The notes beneath the pieces were generated by a model. The model worked only from the letters and a program-made list of their open reading frames with translations, was not told the DNA's origin and ran no database searches. Below, piece after piece: positions 8,424 to 17,117 of a stretch of DNA of 32,000 nt (its first letter is position 1; each line of letters opens with the position of its first letter). This DNA is from Halomicronema hongdechloris C2206 (GTDB lineage: Bacteria > Cyanobacteriota > Cyanobacteriia > Phormidesmidales > Phormidesmidaceae): assembly GCF_002075285.3 (NCBI RefSeq), contig NZ_CP021983.2:5310001-5342000 (forward strand), read 5' to 3'. A program made the position numbers and the translations under genes.

Positions 8424-10100
8424 ATGGGGCAATTTCAGCCACAACCACAGGGATCGGCAGAGGCCGAAGCGATTTTGCAGGGCATTACCCAACAGTTGCA
8501 AGGACTGCAGGAAACTGTAGCGGCTCAGTTGGGCGACGATATTGGGCGGCTACAACAGCAGAAACAACAGCTGCTGGCTGAAATCACCCAGCTACAGCAA
8601 GAGTGTCAGCGCCTGCAGGCAGACCATGACGTCACGCTATCGCGACAACAACTGGCCCAGCAGCAACTCTGGGCTAAGCAGCTAGCTCAGGCTCTGATGG
8701 TGCAGCTTCAGGCTCGCTTGAGCCAATCGGGAGCGACGTCGACCCTGCCTCAGACGGCGGAACAACTTGGTACTCTAGATGCCAGTCTCCATCGCACCCT
8801 GCAGACGCTGCAACAAGATCTCAATAGCTACCAGAGCAGCCTGTCGCAGCAAGTCAGTCGCATGCACAGTATGGAGCATCAGGGGGAGGCAATTCTGGAG
8901 GCTTTGGTGCACCGCCTCAGTCAGCAATTGCAGGAGCAGTTACAGCAACCTCTACCGAGGACTCCTCCCTCTCCTGCTACCCATGCCTTACATCCGGCTG
9001 CTGCGGTTCCGTCTGCCCCTAGTCACAGAGACGCTGCGTCACGCTTAGGACGACGGTCTGTAGAGCATTTAGCGGCCTCCGATTCTCGACGCCTATCACC
9101 CCGGCGCTCTCGTCGCCCTCTCCTAGGACCTGGCCCCCTATGGCTGTGGCCCCTATCGCTGGCACTCCACAGTGTCCTGGTTGGGGTCGTGGCCTGGGGA
9201 GGGACCCTAGGGGGAGTCACTACAGCGGCTGTCTTGCCGATGACTTGGCCCAATCTGCTGGCATTAGTGTGGTGGCGTGATGGCACTACTTTGCTACCCC
9301 TCACCGCGCTTTTAGCCCACTGGCAGCATCCTCATGTCTGGCAGGAAATCCGGCAGCTCTGGCAGCTGACTGATCGGCGCCCTCTAGGGCGGGTGCTGGC
9401 CAGTGGCGGCTTTCTGTTCGTGTCTCTGGTGCTGTGTTTTCAAGGTATTGCCCAAGCAGGACCTGCCGTTGCGATCGCACTACTATGCGGCTATCCCCTG
9501 ATCTCAGATCCCCTGGAGGCATTCCTGCGCGGCCACTCTCCCTCGGCGCTAACAACCATGGCCTTGTTTGCCCTAGTCATGGGGCTGGTCTTTACAGCGA
9601 CAGGGGTATCCTGGCCAGGGATCGCGTTTCCCCTCTTGGCCGCGGCAGCCTACGGTCTCTACTGGCTGACCCAATACCTGAGTCAGTTGTCTCGCCTGGG
9701 CCCTGGGGCTGACCTGAGGCCGGCACAGCCGTTACACCCCATGACCATTACCCTACTCCAGACAGGCGTCTTGTTCTTGTTGGCCACTGCGGCAGTGCTA
9801 CTGAGTGCTGTAAGCGGTATGGCTGTCATCCCCACCGAGAATCCCATGGGCTTTTACGGAGCGGGCTTGGGCTTGGCGGGCTTGGCTGTCCTAGGGCATT
9901 GGGCCAGCTCCCGCGGCCCAGCTTGGCGGCAAGCCCTGGTACCAGCGACAGTGCCGCTTCTGACTGCTCTCCTGGCTGTTGTCTGCCTGCCGTCCGCTCC
10001 CGTTCTAGGCCCGATCCAATGGATTGGCATCGTATTAATCAGCTTGGGGCTTATCACCTCAGGCCGAGAGCGATGGTTGCGGCAGCGCCCCCAGCCATGA
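8424..10100 (+). CDS. Coiled-coil (Gln/Leu-rich) N-terminal domain fused to a polytopic DMT/EamA-like membrane domain
   Basis: 558 aa. Residues about 1-190 are heptad-like and Q/L-rich (LQQQKQQLLAEITQLQQECQRLQ). Next comes a Pro/Ser/Arg linker, then about 10 hydrophobic spans ending in IQWIGIVLISLGLI, which is typical of EamA C-termini. Confidence 0.7.
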   Translation: MGQFQPQPQGSAEAEAILQGITQQLQGLQETVAAQLGDDIGRLQQQKQQLLAEITQLQQECQRLQADHDVTLSRQQLAQQQLWAKQLAQALMVQLQARLSQSGATSTLPQTAEQLGTLDASLHRTLQTLQQDLNSYQSSLSQQVSRMHSMEHQGEAILEALVHRLSQQLQEQLQQPLPRTPPSPATHALHPAAAVPSAPSHRDAASRLGRRSVEHLAASDSRRLSPRRSRRPLLGPGPLWLWPLSLALHSVLVGVVAWGGTLGGVTTAAVLPMTWPNLLALVWWRDGTTLLPLTALLAHWQHPHVWQEIRQLWQLTDRRPLGRVLASGGFLFVSLVLCFQGIAQAGPAVAIALLCGYPLISDPLEAFLRGHSPSALTTMALFALVMGLVFTATGVSWPGIAFPLLAAAAYGLYWLTQYLSQLSRLGPGADLRPAQPLHPMTITLLQTGVLFLLATAAVLLSAVSGMAVIPTENPMGFYGAGLGLAGLAVLGHWASSRGPAWRQALVPATVPLLTALLAVVCLPSAPVLGPIQWIGIVLISLGLITSGRERWLRQRPQP

Positions 10101-10253
10101 CCCAGGCTGGGGCTAGGCTGGGTCAGTGGCGATTGGCAAGACACCTCAACAGTCGTCAGAGCCAGGTGTTTGCGACCACTGTGCACGCTCAGGCAAGATC
10201 GCTAAAGGCTTGACAGCGCTTGCCTTACAAACTTTTAAGATGATCTTTACCAA

Positions 10254-10526
10254 TTAGCTTTCAATGGAAAAGCGCTTGAAATTGCCCAGGGGAGACTGCT
10301 CTACCACATCCACCTGGCTCACCCGGGCGGCGGCAGGTCCTTGCTGCGCCCAGGCAATCAGGTGCTGCACGGCATCATCATCGCCTTCCGCCACAATATC
10401 AACGGCACCATCTGGCCGATTGCGGACATAGCCGCTGACCCCTAACCGCATTGCCTCTTGGCGGGTGTGATAGCGGAATCCCACTCCCTGCACCAACCCC
10501 TGGACAGTGATATCTACTCGCCTCAT
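10254..10526 (-). CDS. acyP: Acylphosphatase
   Basis: 90 aa with VQGVGFRYHT and GYVRNRPDGAVDIVAEG signatures. Confidence 0.9.
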   Translation of the reverse strand: MRRVDITVQGLVQGVGFRYHTRQEAMRLGVSGYVRNRPDGAVDIVAEGDDDAVQHLIAWAQQGPAAARVSQVDVVEQSPLGNFKRFSIES

Positions 10527-10635
10527 GCAGCCGCCCGAAGATCATTACTGTGTCAGGTCTTTAGGGTAACCACTCCCCATGTCTATCATGGGGTTTGACC
10601 GAGCTTGAGCTGGATTCATAATTTGTAGTAACCCC

Positions 10636-11094
10636 ATGACAACAGATTGGTTTCACTATCACGTCCGGGTTCAACCTCATCACACGGACTATGCTGGCGT
10701 CGTTTGGCATGGAGCTTATGTGGCTTGGATGGAAGCAGCTCGGGTGGACTGTTTGCGATCGCATGGGACCGACTTTGCTGATTGGGTGGCTGCTGGCGTT
10801 GATCTGCCCGTCGTGGATCTCTGGCTGCGCTACCGGCAATCGCTATCCCTAGGGGCACCAGTTCTGGTCAAGACCCGGTTAGCCCCTCGCCAGGGAGTGC
10901 GGCTAGTGTGGCACTACGAAATTTGCCACGGCCAAACCGGCGACACCTGTGTACTGGCTCAAGTCACCCTGGTTCCTGTAGCGATGGACAATCGGCGGAT
11001 TCTACGGCGACTGCCCCCCAGCCTAGAGAGCGTGATCACCGAAATCAGTGCCGCCGCAGGTCACCGCAAGTCTGGAGTCTGCCATCCTCCATAA
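10636..11094 (+). CDS. Hotdog-fold acyl-CoA thioesterase (YbgC/4HBT family; possibly DHNA-CoA thioesterase)
   Basis: The block HHTDYAGVVWHGAYVAWMEAARVDCLR is typical of 4HBT-class thioesterases. 152 aa. Confidence 0.8.
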   Translation: MTTDWFHYHVRVQPHHTDYAGVVWHGAYVAWMEAARVDCLRSHGTDFADWVAAGVDLPVVDLWLRYRQSLSLGAPVLVKTRLAPRQGVRLVWHYEICHGQTGDTCVLAQVTLVPVAMDNRRILRRLPPSLESVITEISAAAGHRKSGVCHPP

Positions 11095-11121
11095 TGGAGC
11101 TAGTCGATTAAGGATATTACC

Positions 11122-11628
11122 ATGAGGACCGTTGTCTCCGTTTGGCTGCGTCGGGGAATCATCCTATGTCTCTGCAGCGTACTTGCCATTGCCGGGGCAC
11201 CGCCAGCCGTGGCCCAAGACAATGCCGTCGACTATACCCTTACCGATCTAAGCTTCCGGGACTTCGCCGGCCAAGACCTAACCGGTACCTCCTTAGCTGG
11301 GGCCGAGGCCCGGCAAGCAAACTTCGCCGGCGCTAGTCTCAAACAAACTATCCTCACCAAAGGCTCCTTCTATAGAGCCAATCTCACTGGTGCCGATCTG
11401 TCCTCAACCTTTGCCGATCGGGTGATCTTCGACGAAGCCGACTTAACCAATGCCATCTTCACCGACGCCATCCTCTCCAGCAGCACCTTTACCGATGCCA
11501 AGATTGATGGGGCCGACTTTTCGGGGGCAATTCTGGACCGTTATCAGGTCTCGCAGATGTGTGAGCGGGCCGAGGGAGTGAATCCAATCACAGGAGTCGC
11601 TACCCGGGATAGCCTGGGCTGCCGCTAG
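11122..11628 (+). CDS. Pentapeptide-repeat protein with signal peptide (thylakoid-lumen type)
   Basis: N-terminal hydrophobic signal ending in AVAQD. This is followed by consecutive A(D/N)LxG-type pentapeptides ([30 protein letters not shown]...[10 protein letters not shown]). Confidence 0.9.
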   Translation: MRTVVSVWLRRGIILCLCSVLAIAGAPPAVAQDNAVDYTLTDLSFRDFAGQDLTGTSLAGAEARQANFAGASLKQTILTKGSFYRANLTGADLSSTFADRVIFDEADLTNAIFTDAILSSSTFTDAKIDGADFSGAILDRYQVSQMCERAEGVNPITGVATRDSLGCR

Positions 11629-11663
11629 ACTATCGAAAGCAGGGGGCGATTGAGGGGGCCGGA

Positions 11664-12383
11664 ATGGGGGTGGAGATGACCTGGTGGACACCGAGTCATG
11701 GAATTATGGTGAGTTTGCTGCTGGGCTTTGCCATTGCCCACAGCGGCCTGGCTGCCCTGCGACCTCGAGGTGAAGCATTGATCGGAGCCCGGGCCTATCG
11801 CGTGCTCTTTGCCCTAGTCAGCCTGCCCCTAGCTGTTTTACTGATCAGCTACTTCATCCTGCACCGCTACGATGGGGCTCGCCTCTGGAATCTGCAGGGA
11901 GTCCCGGGGATGATTCCGCTGGTCTGGGGACTGTCGGCCCTGTCCTTTATCTTTCTCTACCCGGCCACCTTCAACCTGCTAGAAATTGCTGCGGTGCAGC
12001 AGCCCCGAGTTCACCTCTATGAAACCGGCATCATCCGCATCACTCGTCATCCCCAGATGGTGGGTCAGGTAATTTGGTGTGTCGCCCATACCCTGTGGTT
12101 GGGCACGAGCTTTGCCCTACTCACCTCCCTCGGGCTGATTGCCCATCACCTCTTTGCCGTTTGGCATGGCGACCGGCGCTGGCGAGCGCGCTATGGCAAG
12201 GCCTTCGAGGCAGTGCGATCGCGGACCGCTGTCATGCCCTTTCAGGCCATCTTAGCGGGGCAGCAGCCCCTAAAATGGCAGGAGTTTATCCGCCCGGCCT
12301 ATGGTGGCGTCTTGGTCTTCGTGTTAGGGCTATGGTGGCTACATCCGGCCATGATACGGCTGGCGGAACGGTGGGCTTGGTAA
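11664..12383 (+). CDS. NnrU-family membrane protein (Z-ISO-like)
   Basis: 239-aa polytopic protein. The ETGIIRITRHPQMVGQVIWCVAHTLWLG block is characteristic of NnrU/Z-ISO homologs. The start could be the internal ATG at 11676. Confidence 0.75.
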   Translation: MGVEMTWWTPSHGIMVSLLLGFAIAHSGLAALRPRGEALIGARAYRVLFALVSLPLAVLLISYFILHRYDGARLWNLQGVPGMIPLVWGLSALSFIFLYPATFNLLEIAAVQQPRVHLYETGIIRITRHPQMVGQVIWCVAHTLWLGTSFALLTSLGLIAHHLFAVWHGDRRWRARYGKAFEAVRSRTAVMPFQAILAGQQPLKWQEFIRPAYGGVLVFVLGLWWLHPAMIRLAERWAW

Positions 12384-12516
12384 CCATAGCCGCTACCTAA
12401 CTCTAGGCTTGCTTCCTAGCAGAATGGAGAGTCCTCGCCAGGCAACCCAGACATCCAGTGGTAGCATTGCAGAGACTTTGGTTTATCCGTAGCCCTGCGC
12501 CCCTGTGAATGACGTC

Positions 12517-13029
12517 ATGGATCTGAAAAAACTGATTCGCGAAATTCCCGACTTTCCTCAACCTGGGATTCTCTTCCGTGACATTACCACCCTATTGGCC
12601 AATCCCGAAGGCCTCAAGTATGTGCTAAACACCTTGACTCGCCAGTGTGAAGCCCTTCGTCCCGATTATGTGGTGGGCATTGAATCTCGCGGGTTTATGT
12701 TTGGCATGCCCTTGGCCTACACCCTCGGTATCGGATTCGCGCCAGTGCGTAAGCCGGGCAAACTACCGGCGGCCGTGCACTGTGCCGAGTACGAGTTGGA
12801 ATACGGTACCGATCGCTTGGAAGTCCATCGAGATGCCTTCCCCGCTGGCAGTCGCATCGTGATCGTAGACGATCTGATTGCCACTGGCGGTACAGCCGCT
12901 GCCACGGCGAATCTGATTGAAAAAACGGGTTGCACGGTGGCCGGATTTGCCTTTGTGGTAGAGCTCACTGACTTGGGAGGCCGCCAGAAGTTACCGGATG
13001 CCCCTATTGTTACCCTGGTCCAGTATTGA
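12517..13029 (+). CDS. apt: Adenine phosphoribosyltransferase
   Basis: [30 protein letters not shown] and the PRPP loop [14 protein letters not shown]. The ORF track starts at GTG 12505; ATG 12517 is the more likely start. Confidence 0.92.
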   Translation: MDLKKLIREIPDFPQPGILFRDITTLLANPEGLKYVLNTLTRQCEALRPDYVVGIESRGFMFGMPLAYTLGIGFAPVRKPGKLPAAVHCAEYELEYGTDRLEVHRDAFPAGSRIVIVDDLIATGGTAAATANLIEKTGCTVAGFAFVVELTDLGGRQKLPDAPIVTLVQY

Positions 13030-13093
13030 GCAGGCAGCCAAACACTGCATTTGTTGATAGAACAATAGATAAGCTTTCCCTCACCCGTGCTCG

Positions 13094-14149
13094 ATGACTG
13101 TTACCCCTAAGCCCCCGTCACCCCTGAGTCAGGCCTGGAAAAGCCTGGTTGCAACAGCCACCAGCGACACCACTCTCTATGTTCTGAAACGAGTTCTGCA
13201 GGCTCTATTGACGCTGCTGCTAGCATCGGCCTTCAGCTTCTTTGTGATCCAGTTGACCCCAGGTAATTTCTTGGATCAGTACCGCTCCGATCCTCAGATT
13301 TCGGCGGAGACTATACGTCAATTGGAAGCTCAGTTTGGCTTGGATAAATCGATCTGGGAGCAATACTGGCGTTGGTTAGTGCAGGTGGTCACCCAGTTCA
13401 ACTTCGGCATGAGTTTCACCTATCAGCGCCCTGTCGTCGATATCCTCTGGGAGCGCATTCCCAATACCTTGCTCTTGTCGTTTGCCTCCATCCTGATCAG
13501 CTGGCTAATCGCCATACCGTTGGGAATTCTGGGGGCAGTTCAACAAAACCGCTGGATCGATCGAGTCCTCAGGGTAATCAGTTACATTGGTCAGGGGCTA
13601 CCGACCCTGGTGACCGGTCTGTTGTTGCTGTTTGTGGCCCAGATGACGGCCCCGTTATTGCCCATTGGTGGGCGCACCAGCATTAACCATCAGGATCTGA
13701 CTTGGTTCGGGCAAATGCTCGATATTGGTTGGCACCTGATCTTGCCGACCCTGACCCTCAGCATTACCAGTCTGGCCGGATTACAGCGAATTGCTCGGGG
13801 GCAACTGTTGGACGTGCTGCGCCAAGACTACATTCAAACGGCCCGAGCCAAGGGGCTGCCTGAGAATCGAGTGATCTACGTACATGCCCTGCGCAACGCC
13901 ATCAATCCTCTGATTACGCTCCTGGGCTTTGAGTTTGCCACCCTCTTGGGAGGAGCCTTTATCACCGAGAATTACTTCAATTGGCCGGGGTTAGGACGCT
14001 TAATTCTGCAGGCGGTGACGGCTCAGGATCTCTATTTGGTCATGGCTAGCCTGATGATGGGGGCGGTGATGCTGGTCCTGGGAAATTTATTGGCGGATTT
14101 GGCCCTAACTGTGGTTGATCCGCGCATTAAGCTGTCTGAGATGAACTAG
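13094..14149 (+). CDS. ABC transporter permease, DppB/OppB (peptide/nickel) family
   Basis: 351 aa with 6 TM-like spans and an EAA-type loop, ARAKGLPENRVIYVHALRNAINPLITLLG. No cognate ATPase or binding protein is present in the window. Confidence 0.88.
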   Translation: MTVTPKPPSPLSQAWKSLVATATSDTTLYVLKRVLQALLTLLLASAFSFFVIQLTPGNFLDQYRSDPQISAETIRQLEAQFGLDKSIWEQYWRWLVQVVTQFNFGMSFTYQRPVVDILWERIPNTLLLSFASILISWLIAIPLGILGAVQQNRWIDRVLRVISYIGQGLPTLVTGLLLLFVAQMTAPLLPIGGRTSINHQDLTWFGQMLDIGWHLILPTLTLSITSLAGLQRIARGQLLDVLRQDYIQTARAKGLPENRVIYVHALRNAINPLITLLGFEFATLLGGAFITENYFNWPGLGRLILQAVTAQDLYLVMASLMMGAVMLVLGNLLADLALTVVDPRIKLSEMN

Positions 14150-14152
14150 CCC

Positions 14153-14431
14153 ATGCTCTCTCAACTCTACTATTTGCTACGGTCGCGCCAGGATGGTCAA
14201 TATTTGGCAGCCCGTGATCAAGCGCAAGACCAGCGCTATTTATTGCTGTTCACCGCTGACTATGATGCCCTCAGCTACTTAAATACTCATGCCCCTGATG
14301 TGGCCGAGCAGTTTGCAGTGGAGTCGGTAACCTCTACTCAACTCAAGCCTGTGCTCGATCGTTGGGGGTACAAAGGGATGGGCCTAGTCAAAGACCCTCG
14401 CCTGCCCACCATTGAATTCATGGCCCGTTAG
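14153..14431 (+). CDS. Small conserved cyanobacterial protein (DUF3110-like)
   Basis: 92 aa, starting 3 nt after the permease stop. The LLLFTADYDALSYL pattern resembles DUF3110, from memory only. Confidence 0.55.
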   Translation: MLSQLYYLLRSRQDGQYLAARDQAQDQRYLLLFTADYDALSYLNTHAPDVAEQFAVESVTSTQLKPVLDRWGYKGMGLVKDPRLPTIEFMAR

Positions 14432-14447
14432 GCAAAACCAGTGGCGC

Positions 14448-15041
14448 TTAGCGGCTGAGGACAAAGACATTGCCTTCATTGCCGCGGCCAATGCGCAGGT
14501 CTTCATCAATGTAGGTGATATCTAACCAACCCTGCTGTTCTGGTGGGCGCTCAATGCGAAAATCAACCCCCTTGAGTAGGGATAGTTTGTCTGTAGTGCC
14601 TAGGGTGCGAATCCAGGCGTCAGGGGTTTGATACCCCAATAATGACCGCAAGCCAAAGACACCTCGCTCAAATCCCACCTGTACTCGCTTGGTAGATGTC
14701 GGCGTGAGGCGGGCGGCTACGGTGACGAGGCCATCCAACAACGGCGGGCCGTTGACTTCGGCAATGTTGTAAAGGCGTTGTTCCTGGAGCCGTATGCACT
14801 GATAAATGGGACCGAGGCTAAACAGTGGTACCCGATCAATATTCAGGAGGTCTTGGCTAGTGGTATACAGTAGGCGCCAGTTTCCGTCTAGCAATTCGGG
14901 GGTATCCAAGGGCTGGGGGTAGGGATTGCGGTCCTCGAGCCGTGCGATCGCAGCTAGAACCGCTTTCTGGTCAGAGGGACTGGCCAGTAAACCTCGATTT
15001 AGAGGGGCTAAGGCCGCTTTTAACTCGGGTTTGCCTAACAT
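14448..15041 (-). CDS. PAP/fibrillin family protein
   Basis: Contains LEDRNPYPQPL...LDGNWRLLYTTS, with the C-terminus ending in ...GNVFVLSR, as in plastoglobule/fibrillin homologs. Confidence 0.85.
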   Translation of the reverse strand: MLGKPELKAALAPLNRGLLASPSDQKAVLAAIARLEDRNPYPQPLDTPELLDGNWRLLYTTSQDLLNIDRVPLFSLGPIYQCIRLQEQRLYNIAEVNGPPLLDGLVTVAARLTPTSTKRVQVGFERGVFGLRSLLGYQTPDAWIRTLGTTDKLSLLKGVDFRIERPPEQQGWLDITYIDEDLRIGRGNEGNVFVLSR

Positions 15042-15303
15042 GACGGATGCCGTGACCTGAGTCTGTAGATATTAGCAGGGTAGACGGGAACCACCCCGGC
15101 ATGCCCCCTACAAACCGAAAGATTATCAACTATGTCTATTGTTTTATTGACATTCATAAAAATATGAGTTAACAATCCGATGGTAACTCCTTTGTCGATG
15201 TATCACCGAACATTCTGGCTCACGTTGATTGGGCAAACGAGATCCACCTTTGTATACTAAAAGCCGCTATATTTGAGCGACTCCGTACATCATCACCTAT
15301 CCT

Positions 15304-15555
15304 ATGACTTCACCTGCTTACAACCCTTCTCTGCGCCAGATTCCCCGGAGTCAACCGGCAGAAGTGCTATCCAATCCGCAAGAAGTATCTATTTTGGCTT
15401 GGTTAGAGAGCACCGGGCGGCTCAAACCGCGGGAATCTACAGATAATTTGTTAGATGAGCCCGATAACGAAGAAATCTCGGATCTGATGGCCAACGAAGA
15501 CTCCAACGACGACGACTACGATGTCAGCAGTGATGAGGCCGATGATGAGGATTAG
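15304..15555 (+). CDS. DUF3134-like small protein with a highly acidic tail
   Basis: 83 aa. YNPSLRQIPR...SILAWLESTGRL resembles DUF3134, from memory. The C-terminus is Asp/Glu-rich. Confidence 0.6.
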   Translation: MTSPAYNPSLRQIPRSQPAEVLSNPQEVSILAWLESTGRLKPRESTDNLLDEPDNEEISDLMANEDSNDDDYDVSSDEADDED

Positions 15556-15729
15556 GGCTGGCAAGTGATTACGGCATCTCGTGAATCCTTGGGCGGATCT
15601 TAGCCTCGTCCAGAGCCAGATCGAGGGAATCACATCAGGTAGATACTCTAGTCTGGCATTGCCCCTGATAAAGGCCGATGGTCAGTAGTCCTGTAACCTT
15701 GTGTGGTGTGAGTGTGTAGGAGATAGTTT

Positions 15730-16824
15730 GTGGATGCTAAGTTTTTGTCGACCCGATCAGTCACTCCTTCTGGAACTGCCCTGCTCTGGATTTTAGGCCT
15801 AGGTCTGAGTCTGGCGGCAATGGGATTGGATCTGTGGTTGGGGCATCCCTTTCGGGCGGGCTCCTGTCTGGCGATTCCCTTTCTGCTGGCAGCCGTGATT
15901 AGTAGTGCCTTAGGGTTCTGGGCCGTGCCAGCATTGCGTTCCTTGAAGGCGGGGCAGTTCATCCGGCAGGAGGGGCCCCAGGGACATCTGAAGAAGGCGG
16001 GTACCCCAACCATGGGGGGCATTTTCTTTGTCCCGGTGGGCCTATCGGTAGCGCTACTCACCAGTGGTCTGAGTCAAACGGTGGTGGCTGTCTCTGCCCT
16101 AACCGCTGCCTACGGTTTGATTGGCTGGCTAGATGACTGGCAGGTGCTGCGTCGCCGCTCCAATCAGGGCATCTCTCCTCGCACTAAGCTGATGTTACAG
16201 ATCGGGTTTGCCGTCGTGTTTTGTCTGTGGACCTTGGAGTCTCAGTCCACAGCAATTACCACGATGACGGTGGCTGGATTGAGTCTACCCCTCGGCATTT
16301 TGTTCTGGCCGCTGGCAGGTTTTGTATTAGTTGCTGAGAGTAATGCCACCAACTTGACCGATGGTCTAGATGGATTGATGGCCGGCACTGGTGCGATCGC
16401 ATTATTGGGCTTGGGCGCTCTCATCGCTCCTGCCTATCCTGGGTTAATGCTCTTTTGCGCGGCCATGGCCGGTTCCTGTCTGGGCTTTTTGGTACACAAT
16501 CACAACCCTGCTCGCGTTTTCATGGGCGATACTGGCTCCTTAGCTTTAGGGGGCGCCTTGGCTGCCGCTGGCATACTCAGTGGCAATCTGTTTGGCTTGC
16601 TGATTGTCACCCTGCTGTTCTGTGCCGAGACCCTCTCCGTCATCATCCAGGTCAGCTACTATAAGGCCACCAAAGGCCCTGATGGCATTGGCAAGCGCTT
16701 CTTTAGAATGGCACCCCTGCATCACCATTTAGAGCTCTCTGGCTGGGGAGAGACTCAAGTAGTCGGCGCCTTCTACCTGACTGCAGCAGCCCTGGTGGTC
16801 ATTGCCCTAGGCCTTGCTGTCTAA
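15730..16824 (+). CDS. mraY: Phospho-N-acetylmuramoyl-pentapeptide transferase
   Basis: NATNLTDGLDGL, FMGDTGSLALGG and APLHHHLELSGW signatures. GTG start. Confidence 0.93.
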   Translation: MDAKFLSTRSVTPSGTALLWILGLGLSLAAMGLDLWLGHPFRAGSCLAIPFLLAAVISSALGFWAVPALRSLKAGQFIRQEGPQGHLKKAGTPTMGGIFFVPVGLSVALLTSGLSQTVVAVSALTAAYGLIGWLDDWQVLRRRSNQGISPRTKLMLQIGFAVVFCLWTLESQSTAITTMTVAGLSLPLGILFWPLAGFVLVAESNATNLTDGLDGLMAGTGAIALLGLGALIAPAYPGLMLFCAAMAGSCLGFLVHNHNPARVFMGDTGSLALGGALAAAGILSGNLFGLLIVTLLFCAETLSVIIQVSYYKATKGPDGIGKRFFRMAPLHHHLELSGWGETQVVGAFYLTAAALVVIALGLAV

Positions 16825-17046
16825 AGGTGGAGCAGTATTGACCTGAACTGTTGCCCGCTTTATCCCACCCTCACATCTGCCAGACACTTGGCAAGCCCCA
16901 TTAAAGCTGAGGACCCTTATCTTTTCCTCTGCCCTGTTTCAGTGCCAAGATGACATGTCATTGGTCGCTGGATTTGGCCTCTGAGACATCGATCAATAGC
17001 CGCTGGATCTAACTGAGGCGTCTATCCCAGGTTGGCTAGGCCCAGT

Positions 17047-17072
17047 CAGCACCAATAGCCAGCACCAATAGG
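17047..17072. repeat. Tandem 13-mer CAGCACCAATAGC / CAGCACCAATAGG
   Basis: Read directly; 12 of 13 positions are identical. Lies about 50 nt upstream of the GH55-like gene. Confidence 0.9.
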
Positions 17073-17117
17073 TGTTGACCTTTGCGATGTCCATTAGGGA
17101 TTTAGGGCTTCTTGAGC

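Noticed and set aside
15690-15725. The minus-strand CTCCTACACACTCACACCACAC tract upstream of mraY recalls the Yfr1 sRNA core ACUCCUCACAC.
   Set aside because: It is not an exact match to the core as I remember it. The two flanking stem-loops characteristic of Yfr1 are not evident. It is more likely a GT/CA-rich leader.
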